Of a stretch of 64,000 bases of DNA, positions 9,694-20,078 are shown in pieces. The notes beneath the pieces were generated by a model, which saw nothing but the letters and a program-made list of their open reading frames with translations, was not told the origin of the DNA and did no database searches. The position numbers and the translations under genes were made by a program. The stretch comes from Myxococcota bacterium (GTDB lineage Bacteria > Myxococcota_A > SURF-8). Each line of letters starts with the position of its first letter. The first letter of the stretch is position 1. The stretch lies in NCBI GenBank assembly GCA_965140415.1, contig OZ223209.1, positions 64,001 to 128,000 on the forward strand, in the 5' to 3' direction.

Positions 9694-10887
9694 CTAGCGG
9701 ATCACATCCAGCTGCTTGCCGACCTTGACGAAGGCTTCGATGGCGCGGTCCAGATGCTCGATGTCGTGCGCCGCCGAAATCTGCGTGCGAATGCGCGCCT
9801 TGCCCTTGGGAACGACCGGATAGCTGAAGCCGATGACGTACACGCCTTCTTCCAGCATCAAGTCGGCAAAGTCCATCGCCAGCTTGGCGTCGCCCAGCAT
9901 CACCGGGGTAATGGGATGCTCGCCGGGCAGGATGTCGAAGCCGGTGGTGGCCATTTTCTCGCGGAAGTAGCGCGTATTGCGTTCCAGCTTGTCGCGCAGC
10001 TCGGTGGATTCCATCAGGATGTCGATGCATCCCAATGTGCCAGCCGCGATCATCGGAGCCAGGGCGTTACTGAACAGGTAAGGGCGGGAACGCTGGCGCA
10101 GCTTCTCGACGATCTCCTTATGCGCGGCGGTAAAGCCTCCGCTGGCGCCGCCCATGGCCTTGCCGAAGGTCGAGGTGATGATGTCCACTCGGCCCATGAC
10201 GTTACGATATTCCGGCGTGCCGCGCCCGGTCTTACCGACAAAGCCGGTGGCGTGCGAATCGTCCACCATCACGAGCGCGTCGTATTTCTCCGCCAGATCG
10301 CAGATTTCATCGAGCTTGGCGATGTAGCCGTCCATCGAAAAGACGCCATCGGTGGCGATCATTTTATTGCGAACGCCCTTGGCGTCGGCTTCCTGCAACT
10401 TGGCTTCCAGATCCGCCATGTCCGAATTCTTGTAGCGGTAGCGCTGCGCCTTGCACAGGCGAACGCCGTCGATGATCGAAGCGTGGTTCAGTTCGTCGGA
10501 AATGATGGCGTCCTCTTCCGTCAACAGCGTTTCGAACAGACCGCCGTTGGCGTCGAAGCAGGAACAGTACAGGATGGCGTCGTCCATTTGAAGGAATGTC
10601 GAGATCGCCTTTTCGAGTTCTTTATGCAGATCCAATGTGCCGCAGATAAAGCGCACGGAACTCATGCCGAAACCGCGCTCTTCCATGGCGGTCTTGGCCG
10701 CTTCGATCAACAACTCGCTATTGGAGAGACCCAGGTAGTTGTTGGCGCACATGTTGATCACTTTGCCTTTGGGTACGTGAATCTCCGCGCTCTGCGGCGA
10801 CTGGATCACACGCTCCCCTTTCCAAAGCCCGGCCTCGCTGATGTCGTTGAGTTCTCCGATCAACTGTTCCTTGAACTTTCCGTACAT
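9694..10887 (-). CDS. kbl: glycine C-acetyltransferase (2-amino-3-ketobutyrate CoA ligase)
   Basis: [49 protein letters not shown]. Confidence 0.97.
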   Translation of the reverse strand: MYGKFKEQLIGELNDISEAGLWKGERVIQSPQSAEIHVPKGKVINMCANNYLGLSNSELLIEAAKTAMEERGFGMSSVRFICGTLDLHKELEKAISTFLQMDDAILYCSCFDANGGLFETLLTEEDAIISDELNHASIIDGVRLCKAQRYRYKNSDMADLEAKLQEADAKGVRNKMIATDGVFSMDGYIAKLDEICDLAEKYDALVMVDDSHATGFVGKTGRGTPEYRNVMGRVDIITSTFGKAMGGASGGFTAAHKEIVEKLRQRSRPYLFSNALAPMIAAGTLGCIDILMESTELRDKLERNTRYFREKMATTGFDILPGEHPITPVMLGDAKLAMDFADLMLEEGVYVIGFSYPVVPKGKARIRTQISAAHDIEHLDRAIEAFVKVGKQLDVIR

Positions 10888-10921
10888 GACCTCTCCTTTT
10901 GCTTACCAATTTTGGCGACGG

Positions 10922-11965
10922 CTAGAAGTTTAACACCACTTTGCCGCATTCGCCGCTTTGCATCAACTCAAATCCTTTTTCGTAATCCTCGAAGGCGAAT
11001 TCATGGGTAACGATCGGGGCGACGTTCAACTGCCCGGAACGCAACAGTCCGCGCATCTTGAACCAGCTATCCCAGATGCGCCGCCCGCAGACGCCGTGAA
11101 TGCTGATGGCGTTGAAGACTACATCCTGCGCGATGTTCATGCTGACTTCCGCATTCGGAATCCCCAGCAATACGACGTTCCCGCCGGTTTTAACGACTTT
11201 GAGCGCGGTTTGAATGGCGGCAGGCGTTCCGGCGATCTCCAGCACCACGTCCACGCCATGTCCGTCGGTGTGCTCCATGATGTACTCGCGCGGATCGGTG
11301 TGCTTGGACAGCACCGCATGGTGTGCGCCTACTTCCTTACCCAGTCGCTGCCGGTAGGGATTATCCCAGTCGAAAGCAAAGATTTCCGCCGCTCCGATGG
11401 CGCGCAATACCGCCACCGCCAGCAGCCCAACCGGTCCCAGACCGAAGACCGCCACCTTCTTCGCCACGCAATCCGTGCGGAATACGGTATGCACCGCATT
11501 GCCCAGGGGATCTTGAATGGCCGCGAAAGCGGCGGGCGTGCTTTCGTCGTTTTTCCACAGGTTCATTTCCGGAAAGGTGAAATATTCGCGGAACACGCCA
11601 TCGACGTCGTAGCCCAGCCCCTTCCAGTTGTAGCAGACGTGCCCGTTTCCCGTGCGGCAGTTGTCGCAGAGTCCGCAGACCAGGTGACCTTCGCCGCTGA
11701 CGTAGTCGCCCACCTGCACGCTGTGAACGTCCTCGCCTACGGCGGCGACTTCGGCGGCGAATTCATGTCCGATGATGGTGGGGACGTTGACGCGGCTCTG
11801 GCTCCAGGCGTCCCAGTTGTAGATATGCAGATCGGTGCCGCAAATCGCCACGGCGCGGTTTTTCAGCAGCACTTCGCCCGGCGCGGGCTCGGCAACGGGC
11901 ACCTCGCGAAATTCGAGTCCGCCTCTTTCCGCTTTGGCCTTCACAATCGCTTTCGTCGTTTTCAT
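10922..11965 (-). CDS. tdh: L-threonine 3-dehydrogenase
   Basis: ICGTDLHIYNWD, GHEF, SGEGHLVCG.C.NC, DPLGNAVH; directly upstream of kbl. Confidence 0.93.
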   Translation of the reverse strand: MKTTKAIVKAKAERGGLEFREVPVAEPAPGEVLLKNRAVAICGTDLHIYNWDAWSQSRVNVPTIIGHEFAAEVAAVGEDVHSVQVGDYVSGEGHLVCGLCDNCRTGNGHVCYNWKGLGYDVDGVFREYFTFPEMNLWKNDESTPAAFAAIQDPLGNAVHTVFRTDCVAKKVAVFGLGPVGLLAVAVLRAIGAAEIFAFDWDNPYRQRLGKEVGAHHAVLSKHTDPREYIMEHTDGHGVDVVLEIAGTPAAIQTALKVVKTGGNVVLLGIPNAEVSMNIAQDVVFNAISIHGVCGRRIWDSWFKMRGLLRSGQLNVAPIVTHEFAFEDYEKGFELMQSGECGKVVLNF

Positions 11966-12124
11966 ATTACACCCTCGTTGAAATTTCGCACACATGATGG
12001 CCATCAACTCCAGGGACGAAGCACCCTGTGCGGGGGTGACGCATCCCTGATTTCGGGTGCCATTCTACCCCGGGCAAAACGGGAGTCAACGGATTAATCG
12101 GGTGTTTTAGAGAAACAAATCGCT

Positions 12125-13492
12125 TCACGCTTCGATCTGATATTCCTTGATTTTGTACAGTAAGGCACGATGACTGATCTCCAGCAGTTTGGCCGCCGCC
12201 GTGCGATTGCCGCCGGTTTTCTTTAACGCCTTGCGAATCAGATCGTTTTCGATTTTGTATACGGCTTTTTTGACCGACAGGTTGCTTTCCGGTAGTTCCA
12301 GTTTGTAATTCGGCTGGAATTCCGTGATCTTGGCGGGTAGATCGTCTAACGTGATTTCATGCCCGTCGCAAAGCACCATGGCGCGTTCGATGGTATTTTC
12401 CAATTCGCGGACATTGCCCGGCCAATGGTATTTTTCCAGCGATTCCAATGCGTTGCTATTGACTTCATGGATTCCCACGCCCAGCCGTTCGTTGAAACGG
12501 TTGAGGAAGTGATCGACCAGTAACGGAATATCGCCCCTGCGTTCCCGTAACGGCGGCATATGAAGATGCACCACGTTCAGGCGATAAAACAGGTCTTCGC
12601 GGAACAAGCCCTTTTTCACCTGCTCGTTCAAATCCTTCACGGTGGCTGCGATGATCCGAACGTCCACCTTGATCGCCCGTTCCCCGCCGACGCGACGCAC
12701 TTCGCCTTCCTGCAACACGCGCAACAGCTTGACCTGCAAGACCTGAGGCAATTCCCCGATTTCATCCAGCAGCATCGTACCGCCGTCGGCTTCCTCGAAC
12801 AGTCCCTTGCGCTGCCGGATCGCGTCTGTGAACGCGCCTTTTTCGTGACCGAACAACTCGCTTTCGATCAGGTTTTCCGGGATCGCGCCGCAGTTCACCG
12901 CCACGAATTTATGGTTTTCCCGTCCGCTGACGGTATGAACGGCGCGCGCCAGCAGTTCCTTACCCGTGCCACTGTCTCCGGTAATCAGCACCGTGCTTGT
13001 AAACTTGGCGACCTTCTGCGCCATCTTGAACAGCTTGTGCATGGCGTCATCGTTACTGATGATACGGGCAAAGTCGTAGTCTTCCTGCAAGCGCCGTTTC
13101 AGCGCCAGGTTTTCCCGAGCAAGGCGTTCGCGTTCCTGGGCCTTGCGAATGGTCAGCACGACTTCGTCCGGGCGGAAGGGCTTGTTCAGGTAATCGTAGG
13201 CGCCATGCTTCATGGCGTCGATGGCGCCCTCGACAGAGCCGTAGGCGGTAATCATGATGAAGGTGGAATGAATGTTGTGTTTGCGCGCCTGTTGCAACAG
13301 TTCCGTGCCGCTCATCTTGGGCATGTTGATATCGCACAGCACGATATCGAAACTGCGTTCTTTAAGCAACGCAAGCGCTTCCTGGCCGTTGCTGGCATCG
13401 GCGCACTCAAAGCCTTCCTTCTTCAGCACCAACGACAGCATGTGCCGGATGTTTTCTTCGTCGTCCACAACCAGGATGTTGTTTACTTCCAC
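12125..13492 (-). CDS. sigma54-dependent response regulator (REC-AAA+-Fis HTH; NtrC/AtoC type)
   Basis: ILVVDDE receiver domain, GDSGTGKE, ESELFGHEKGAFTDA, FREDLFYRLNV, WPGNVRELEN, C-terminal HTH; AGGAGG plus GTG start. Confidence 0.95.
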   Translation of the reverse strand: MEVNNILVVDDEENIRHMLSLVLKKEGFECADASNGQEALALLKERSFDIVLCDINMPKMSGTELLQQARKHNIHSTFIMITAYGSVEGAIDAMKHGAYDYLNKPFRPDEVVLTIRKAQERERLARENLALKRRLQEDYDFARIISNDDAMHKLFKMAQKVAKFTSTVLITGDSGTGKELLARAVHTVSGRENHKFVAVNCGAIPENLIESELFGHEKGAFTDAIRQRKGLFEEADGGTMLLDEIGELPQVLQVKLLRVLQEGEVRRVGGERAIKVDVRIIAATVKDLNEQVKKGLFREDLFYRLNVVHLHMPPLRERRGDIPLLVDHFLNRFNERLGVGIHEVNSNALESLEKYHWPGNVRELENTIERAMVLCDGHEITLDDLPAKITEFQPNYKLELPESNLSVKKAVYKIENDLIRKALKKTGGNRTAAAKLLEISHRALLYKIKEYQIEA

Positions 13493-13749
13493 AGTGCGCC
13501 TCCTAAGATCAGGATGAATTCCCGTAGCGCCAGTGTAGCGCTTTGCCATGGAATCACGCAAGCAAAACCATGGGAAGCATTCCATTCGACCGGACTCTTT
13601 AAAAAAAGCTTTCTATAAAAGGTTACGACCACAACCACCTAAAGCGGTTGCGAAAAACGGAAGTCTCGCGTAAGGTGTTGTGCAAGACGAGTGGAAACAG
13701 GTATTTTGCCGCTGCATTGAATGACGACGAACTAGAAAGAGAGGCATGC

Positions 13750-15255
13750 ATGCAGGTGAGTTATCAGAAATCGGAGTTGATGGGCGTCAAGGCTGATGTC
13801 CTGGTGATTCCGGTAAGCAAGAACTGGGAAAAACGTCCCGAGTTGAAACAGTTGAACGAAGCGCTGGCTGGCGAATTGTTCCGGCGAACGAAAAAAGCTC
13901 AGTTCAAAGCCAAGGCCGGTTCGAGTTTCGTGCAGCAGTGCCCCGGCTCCTTCTCCTTCGACCGGGTGGCTCTCACCGCTGTGGATGCCAAGGAAACTCC
14001 CAACCCGGAAGATCTCTGGGACATGGGTCACAAGCTGGCCAACCGCTACCGCTCCAAAGCCGTGTCCACTCTGGCGATCTGGTGCGACTTCGCCCCGGAA
14101 GCCAAAACGAACGTGCTCTTTGCCAAGCTGACCCAGGGCGTACTCTGCGGCGGCTATCGTTTCGATAAATATTTTACCGATGCCGATGCCAAGGCGACAA
14201 AGACCGCGCTGAAAAAGCTGCTGCTAATAGGCGCAGGCGCACACAAGCCGACACCTGCCGTGGCCAAGGCAGCGATCGCTCGCGGCGTTGCGCTGGGTGA
14301 ATCCACCAACCTGGCGCGCGATCTGGTCAACGAACCGGCTGAAAGCATGACGCCCCAGATCTTCGCTTCGCAGGTGCAGAAAGTCGCCAAAGCCAACGGC
14401 TTGCAGTGCAAGGTCGAAAACGAAGCGCAGATCAAAAAGCGTGGTATGGGACTATTTCTGGCGGTGGCGCGCGGCAGCAAGAATCCGCCGCGTTTGATCA
14501 CGCTGACGCACAATCCGAAAAACGCAACAGGCAAACCCATCGTACTGGTCGGCAAGGGCCTGATGTACGATTCGGGCGGCTATTCGCTGAAACCTTCCTC
14601 CGGCATGGAAACGATGAAATGCGACATGTCCGGCTCGGCGGCGGTCGTCGGTGCGTTGACGGCCATTGCTAGATTGGGCGTGAAACGCAAGGTCATCGGC
14701 ATTGTGGCCGCCTGTGAGAACATGATCGGTTCCGGGGCGTATCGCGTTGGCGACATCTACACCTCGATGTCCGGGAAAACGGTGGAAGTGATGAACACCG
14801 ACGCGGAAGGCCGCCTGACGTTGGCGGATGCGCTGACGTATGGCGAAAGCTTCAAACCGGCCTGCATAGTGGACGTGGCGACGTTGACCGGCGCCTGCGT
14901 GGTGGCGCTGGGCGAGGAAACCGTCGGTGTCTTCAGCGCGGATGATAAACTGGCCGCCGACATCGAAAGCGCGTTCGAGCGCGCGGGTGAAGATGCCTGG
15001 CGTATGCCGATGAACAAGCGGCTGAAAAAGCTGCTCAAGTCGCCGATTGCAGATATGAAGAACGTCGGCAGTCGTTGGGGCGGTGCCATCACGGCGGGTC
15101 TGTTCTTGTCCAATTTCGTAGAAAAAGCGCCCTTCGCGCATCTGGACATTGCCGGTCCGGCCTTCCATACCGGCGAAGTCGGTCACTTGCCCAAAGGCGG
15201 CACCGGCGTAGCGGTAACGACCCTGGTGGAACTGGTCGATCCGAGCAGCAAGTAG
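13750..15255 (+). CDS. pepA: leucyl aminopeptidase (M17)
   Basis: LVGKGLMYDSGG, MKCDMSG, NTDAEGRL, DVATLTGA, HLDIAG. Confidence 0.95.
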   Translation: MQVSYQKSELMGVKADVLVIPVSKNWEKRPELKQLNEALAGELFRRTKKAQFKAKAGSSFVQQCPGSFSFDRVALTAVDAKETPNPEDLWDMGHKLANRYRSKAVSTLAIWCDFAPEAKTNVLFAKLTQGVLCGGYRFDKYFTDADAKATKTALKKLLLIGAGAHKPTPAVAKAAIARGVALGESTNLARDLVNEPAESMTPQIFASQVQKVAKANGLQCKVENEAQIKKRGMGLFLAVARGSKNPPRLITLTHNPKNATGKPIVLVGKGLMYDSGGYSLKPSSGMETMKCDMSGSAAVVGALTAIARLGVKRKVIGIVAACENMIGSGAYRVGDIYTSMSGKTVEVMNTDAEGRLTLADALTYGESFKPACIVDVATLTGACVVALGEETVGVFSADDKLAADIESAFERAGEDAWRMPMNKRLKKLLKSPIADMKNVGSRWGGAITAGLFLSNFVEKAPFAHLDIAGPAFHTGEVGHLPKGGTGVAVTTLVELVDPSSK

Positions 15256-15270
15256 TTTCATGATGTATCA

Positions 15271-15312
15271 CGGTCCCCTTCGCTGTTGCAGCAAGGGGGC
15301 CGTTTCTTTTTT
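15271..15312 (+). terminator. Rho-independent terminator after pepA
   Basis: CGGTCCCCTT..GCTG/CAGC..AAGGGGGCCG stem followed by a T-rich tract. Confidence 0.75.
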
Positions 15313-15357
15313 ATGGTGATGTTTTTTTATTTCTCATGTTGGAGCATGGCTCCCGTC

Positions 15358-16663
15358 CACAGCTGTCCCGTTAACTATTGAATAATTCCAACTGCTTACC
15401 AAAAGGGATATTGGTAGGCAGGGAGGCGTTTGCCTTTAGCACCTGTAAAATGGGGCTTTCCTCGAAAAGCGTGACGCTTAAAATCTGTAGAATCGTCATC
15501 AAACTGTGCTCGAGATTCAGATCCTTTTTCAGAATCGCAACCAACAGATAAACCGTAATCGAAATCCACACTTGTGTCTTTACCGCATTGGCGCTGCGAC
15601 CGTAAAACGCCTTGATTCGCAGATTCTGTTTGATCCATTTGAAAAACACTTCGATACTCCACCGCAGCCGGTACAAGTCCGGAATCGTTTCCGAAGAAAG
15701 ATCAAAGTTGTTGGTCAGCCAGACAAATCGGGTGTTCGATTCTGGATCGATGTAGTTGATTCGCCGCACATGATCCGGATAGCGTCGAATGGAAGCACGG
15801 TCCACGAAGCTCACGGTCTGATCGGCGCGCAATCCCAAGCTCTTGTCGATGGGGTGTGAATAGATTCGCTTTGTGCTGGTGTTCTTGCTGGCTCTAAGAA
15901 TGAAGAAGGCTCCCGCCCGATGGATGCGATGCATGCGTCCGTAATCGACATAACCGCGATCCATGATATAAAATGCGCCCGCTTCCAAAGGCAGAATATC
16001 CAGTAAACGCTTGTCATGGCTCTTGCCGTCCGTAATGGAAATAAAGGCGGGAATCCGTCCGCGAAGGTCCATTTGCGTGTGAAGACGCAATGATCCATTG
16101 TATCGCGTGAATTTGGCCCATGGAAAAAGCGACAAACTCAAATCAATCGCTGTCGTGTCGAGCGCGTAGGTGGTGGCGTCTAGGTCGACGGCGAGCTTCT
16201 CGTCCGCATACAGCGCGCGGGCGCGCCGTATCAGGGGCTGAGCGAGATCTGCGTAAATGCGCCAGTCGCGTTTTTCATTCGCTCTGGCCAGTGTGTTGCG
16301 AGAGACTTTTCCACGCAGACCCATGTGATAAAGTTTCAGCTGAATAGCCCGCAAGGTCGCTTCAATATCGCGCAGGCTTTCGCGGTAGGCCAGCTGGGCA
16401 AATGCCATGCAAATGAATTGATCCATACAGGAAAAGGTACGAATGCGCTTGTTCCCCTGATAGCGATTGACACAACGGCGGAAATGGCGATCCGGCAAAT
16501 AGTCGAGCACTTGCGAAAAGACAGTCTGTGTCATTTTGATCTCCTGCATTTCTTGACTATTCGAAATGCAGAAAAACTATCGCGGACACCTGATAATCAC
16601 AAATTCAATCTGTAATAATAAGTAGTTGTAGCGCTGAACCTGGAAGTTAGCGGGACAGCTGTG
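15358..16663 (-). mobile_element. IS4-family element B (sister of A)
   Basis: IR CACAGCTGTCCCG(T/C)TAACT; 10-bp target duplication GGCTCCCGTC at 15348-15357 and 16664-16673. Confidence 0.95.
15371..16534 (-). CDS. IS4-family DDE transposase
   Basis: Colinear close paralog of 7299-8462 with the YREK motif intact. Confidence 0.95.
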   Translation of the reverse strand: MTQTVFSQVLDYLPDRHFRRCVNRYQGNKRIRTFSCMDQFICMAFAQLAYRESLRDIEATLRAIQLKLYHMGLRGKVSRNTLARANEKRDWRIYADLAQPLIRRARALYADEKLAVDLDATTYALDTTAIDLSLSLFPWAKFTRYNGSLRLHTQMDLRGRIPAFISITDGKSHDKRLLDILPLEAGAFYIMDRGYVDYGRMHRIHRAGAFFILRASKNTSTKRIYSHPIDKSLGLRADQTVSFVDRASIRRYPDHVRRINYIDPESNTRFVWLTNNFDLSSETIPDLYRLRWSIEVFFKWIKQNLRIKAFYGRSANAVKTQVWISITVYLLVAILKKDLNLEHSLMTILQILSVTLFEESPILQVLKANASLPTNIPFGKQLELFNS

Positions 16664-16736
16664 GGCTCCCGTCCTGCTCCTTGCGTTTGTCTTCATGGTC
16701 GGGACAGTATCTCTTGCGATGGATCAGGATTATATC
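16664..16736. repeat. middle part of the second composite REP-like repeat, between IS-B and IS-A copy 2
   Basis: GGCTCCCGTCCTGCTCC..CGTTTGTCT...GATGGATCAGGATTATATC matches 7231-7285. Confidence 0.75.
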
Positions 16737-18058
16737 CACATCTGTCCGGTTAACTATTGAATAATTCCAACTGTTTACCGAAAGGGGGGGATTTCGCTGA
16801 ATCACCATTTGCCTTCAGTACCTGTAAAATGGGGCTTTCCTCGAAAAGTGTGACGCTCAAAATCTGTAGAATCGTCATCAAACTGTGCTCGAGATTCAGA
16901 TCCTTTTTCAAAATCGCCACTAAAAGGTAAACTGTTATCGAAATCCATACCTGCGTTTTCACCGCGTTGGCACTGGTCCCGTAGAACGCCTTGATGCGTA
17001 GATTCTGCTTGATCCATTTGAAAAACACTTCGATGCTCCAACGAAGCCGATACAAGTCCGGAATCGTTTCCGATGGCAGATCGAAAGCGTTGGTCAGCCA
17101 GACAAATCGGCTTTTCGATTCCGGATCGGTGTAATTGATACGCCGCAACTGGTCGGGGTAACGCTTGAGGGAAGCGCGATCAACAAGAGAAACGGTTTGG
17201 TCTGTTCTCAAACCTGTGCTTTTATCAACAGGACGAGAATAAATCTTTTTTGTGTGCGTATCCTTTCGTGCTCTAAGAATAAAGAAAGCTCCTGCTTGAT
17301 TGATTTTATACATCCGCTTGTAATCCAGATATCCGCGATCCATGATGTAAAAAGCACCCGCTTCCAGGGGCAGAATATCCAGCAGACGCTTGTCCTGGCT
17401 TTTACCGTCTGTAATGGAAATAAAGGTAGGAATTCGTCCGCGCAGATCCATCTGCGTATGCAGTCGGAGCGATCCATAGTGACGTGTAAATTTGGCCCAG
17501 GGAAAAAGAGACAAACTCAAATCGATGGCCGTGGTGTCCAGAGCGTAAGCGGTGGCATCCAGATCGACGCCGAGCTTTTCGTCCGCATACAGTGTGCGAG
17601 CGCGCCGTATCAGAGGTTGCGCGAGATCTTCGTATATACGCCAGTCGCGGTGCTCGTTGGCGTCGGCCAGTGTACTTCGAGATACTTTTCCTCGAACCCC
17701 CATTCGGTAGAGTTTTGATCCCAACGCACGCAAGGTCGCTTCGATGTCGCGCAGACTTTCCCTGTAAGACAACTGCGCGAATGCCATGCAGATGAATTGA
17801 TCCATGCAGGAAAAGGTACGAATGCGCTTGTTCCCCTGATAGCGGTGGACACAACGTCTGAAATGCCAATTGGGCAAGTAATCAAGTACTTGCGAAAAGA
17901 CAGTTTGAGGCATATGCTCCTCCTGCAAATGGGTCATGGAAAACAAGTCCATTTTGCACGAGAACGAAAATCTATCGCAAGCACATTGAAAGAGGTGTTT
18001 TTGTTAAAGATACTGGATAGTTACTGTGGTTTGCGTTAAAGTTAACCGGACAGATGTG
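16737..18058 (-). mobile_element. IS4-family element A, copy 2
   Basis: Same IR as copy 1 and identical ORFs in all frames (offset 9451); 9-bp target duplication GATTATATC at 16728-16736 and 18059-18067. Confidence 0.95.
16750..17913 (-). CDS. IS4-family DDE transposase
   Basis: Protein identical to 7299-8462. Confidence 0.95.
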   Translation of the reverse strand: MPQTVFSQVLDYLPNWHFRRCVHRYQGNKRIRTFSCMDQFICMAFAQLSYRESLRDIEATLRALGSKLYRMGVRGKVSRSTLADANEHRDWRIYEDLAQPLIRRARTLYADEKLGVDLDATAYALDTTAIDLSLSLFPWAKFTRHYGSLRLHTQMDLRGRIPTFISITDGKSQDKRLLDILPLEAGAFYIMDRGYLDYKRMYKINQAGAFFILRARKDTHTKKIYSRPVDKSTGLRTDQTVSLVDRASLKRYPDQLRRINYTDPESKSRFVWLTNAFDLPSETIPDLYRLRWSIEVFFKWIKQNLRIKAFYGTSANAVKTQVWISITVYLLVAILKKDLNLEHSLMTILQILSVTLFEESPILQVLKANGDSAKSPPFGKQLELFNS

Positions 18059-18182
18059 GATTATATCCTGAACCGAAACATTTCGAGCTGGATTGCAATC
18101 CCCCACGATCCTTAATCTTGCCCATCCCCCTCAGCACAAACATTCTCTTGCGCTGACCGAGTCCCACCTATATATTGAGTGG

Positions 18183-19349
18183 ATGAAACGTATCCATCGT
18201 AACAATCCGTTGTGGGGCTCTCTGCTTGGATTCCTTTTCCTCTCCGGCGTACTAGCCATGCCTGCCCAGGCGCAGGAAGCCCGCTTGAGCCACATCAGCA
18301 TCTGCATTACCGACAGCCTCCCTTCCGTGCAGGTAGAGGGACAGTCCCTGCACTTCTTCGACGATGAACTGGGCCTGCTGGTCCATCAAAGCGAAGGCAA
18401 ACGCATTCACACGCTGAAAATCAACAACGGCGGGGTGGCCGTCGATGGCAAGCGCTTCGAAACCTCGCGCCTGCGCATTCGCTCCACCAACAACTGGCTG
18501 CGCTACAATGGCCGCGTTTTCCGCGAGGATATGATCGCGATCCGCGATCCTCATTCCCCCGAAAAGCTGATCCTGGTCAACGACGTGCTCTTGGAGCAGT
18601 ATCTCTACGGTCTGATCAACAAGGAATGCTTGAAAAGCTGGCCCATCGAAGCCAAAAAAGCCCAGGCCGTCGCGGCGCGTACTTACGCCATTTTCCGCAA
18701 GATCAACCAGCCCAAACCGATCTGCGATATGGGAGCCACGGCGCTGGATCAGGTGTACGGCGGCTATCTGGCCGAGGACGACAGCGCCCGGCTGGCGGTG
18801 GACAAAACCAAGGGGCAGGTGCTGACCTATCGCAATCAGATCGCGGAAGCCTACTATCACTCCACCTGCGGCGGGCACACCACCAACTCAAGTGATGTGT
18901 GGAAGGGCAAACCAGGCCCCGAATATCTTTCCGGCGTAACCTGCAATACCTGTAGCAAATCGCCTTCCTATCGCTGGAGCACCAAAATCAAGAAAAGCGA
19001 ACTGGCTCGCAAGCTGGAAATCCCCAGTTCCTATCGAAAGAATTTCACCTTCGATATCATTCAGCGCGACGAGTCTGGCCGCGTGCAGAAATTCCGTTTT
19101 CATTATGGAGGGCAAGTCAAAATTCTCTCCGGTGAGGAGGTACGCAAGCGGGTCGGTTACGGTCGCCTTAAAAGCACGGCCTTCAGTTTCAAAGTGGTAC
19201 GTGGTCTGGTCACGTTTACCGGTAAAGGTCTGGGGCATGGCGTCGGCATGTGTCAGTGGGGCGCGGCGGGAATGGCCAATCAGGGCTACGGCTACAAAGC
19301 GATTCTAAACCACTATTATCCGGGCACGCAGCTTCGTCCGATCTACTGA
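18183..19349 (+). CDS. SpoIID/LytB domain protein (lytic transglycosylase-like)
   Basis: LEQYLYG...EAKKAQAVAARTYA, QVYGG, YHSTCGGHT, GLGHGVGMCQWGA, ILNHYYPG. Confidence 0.92.
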   Translation: MKRIHRNNPLWGSLLGFLFLSGVLAMPAQAQEARLSHISICITDSLPSVQVEGQSLHFFDDELGLLVHQSEGKRIHTLKINNGGVAVDGKRFETSRLRIRSTNNWLRYNGRVFREDMIAIRDPHSPEKLILVNDVLLEQYLYGLINKECLKSWPIEAKKAQAVAARTYAIFRKINQPKPICDMGATALDQVYGGYLAEDDSARLAVDKTKGQVLTYRNQIAEAYYHSTCGGHTTNSSDVWKGKPGPEYLSGVTCNTCSKSPSYRWSTKIKKSELARKLEIPSSYRKNFTFDIIQRDESGRVQKFRFHYGGQVKILSGEEVRKRVGYGRLKSTAFSFKVVRGLVTFTGKGLGHGVGMCQWGAAGMANQGYGYKAILNHYYPGTQLRPIY

Positions 19350-19573
19350 GCTTTTTATAGCGGTTCTTAATCATTTTTAGCCATTAATTTGAATAATGTG
19401 TGCCATAGTCTTACGCGATCGAAGATCGTGGAAGGCTGTGTGTCTTCAATAAGTTACACACGGCCTCCCGGAATTTCCATTCCGTGAGACCATGGCACAT
19501 CGTGATTATTCGATGGACAGAAATGAGTAGTACCTACTCTATTACCGGTTTATTTGATCTTAGCGATGCTTAT

Positions 19574-19648
19574 GTCATTGCCTGCGAAGGCAGGCAATTC
19601 AGGTTCTTAATAAAAATCAATAGATTGTCCGCCTGCGCGGACAATGAC
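19574..19648. repeat. REP-like palindrome doublet, GTCATT...AATGAC type
   Basis: GTCATTGCCTGCGAAGGCAGGCAAT ... ATTGTCCGCCTGCGCGGACAATGAC, between convergent genes. Confidence 0.8.
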
Positions 19649-19700
19649 ATCCTGGTGGGTATCGATAAATTCATTAAAGAACCACTACAAATCCGGTGTA

Positions 19701-20078
19701 TTACAAATCGCCGCTGTCATGCTCCACGGAAAACGTCAATGGATAGGTGATCGATGTGAACGGAATGCCTAGATCGATGTTCCATTCGTAGCGCAGGGAC
19801 ACCAGTTCGTAGCGGCGTGTAATTTCAACATCGGCTGGGGAATATTCTTCCAGCAGCTTCAAGGTTTTATAAGCGTTATGCAGAACGGCGCGAACCTCTT
19901 CGTCGGAGCTGTTGACGTTGACGTGTTTCAGCGTATTGGTCTGCGCCAATCCCAGTTCGTAACGATCGAATAGTGCAGGAACGATTTGAATGGCGGCGAT
20001 CACGATCAACGCCAGAATCACCACCCACACCAACACTTGTATCAGACCTTCGCCTTTTCTGCTGCGCAAGCCCTTCAT
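19701..20078 (-). CDS. pilin-like protein (DUF4845-like)
   Basis: Basic leader MKGLRSRKG followed by a hydrophobic helix; C-terminal LRYEWNIDLGIPF. Confidence 0.6.
   Translation of the reverse strand: MKGLRSRKGEGLIQVLVWVVILALIVIAAIQIVPALFDRYELGLAQTNTLKHVNVNSSDEEVRAVLHNAYKTLKLLEEYSPADVEITRRYELVSLRYEWNIDLGIPFTSITYPLTFSVEHDSGDL

Noticed and set aside
9754-13618. Long plus-strand ORFs 9754-11010, 10958-12097 and 12560-13618
   Set aside because: They are antisense shadows of kbl, tdh and the response regulator, expected in GC-rich DNA, with no recognisable motifs.
7286-18058. Single composite transposon bounded by the two IS-A copies
   Set aside because: Each copy has its own distinct target duplication, indicating independent insertions.
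19484-19750. 88-aa ORF between the SpoIID gene and the pilin-like gene
   Set aside because: It reads through a REP doublet and overlaps the 3' end of the opposite gene.
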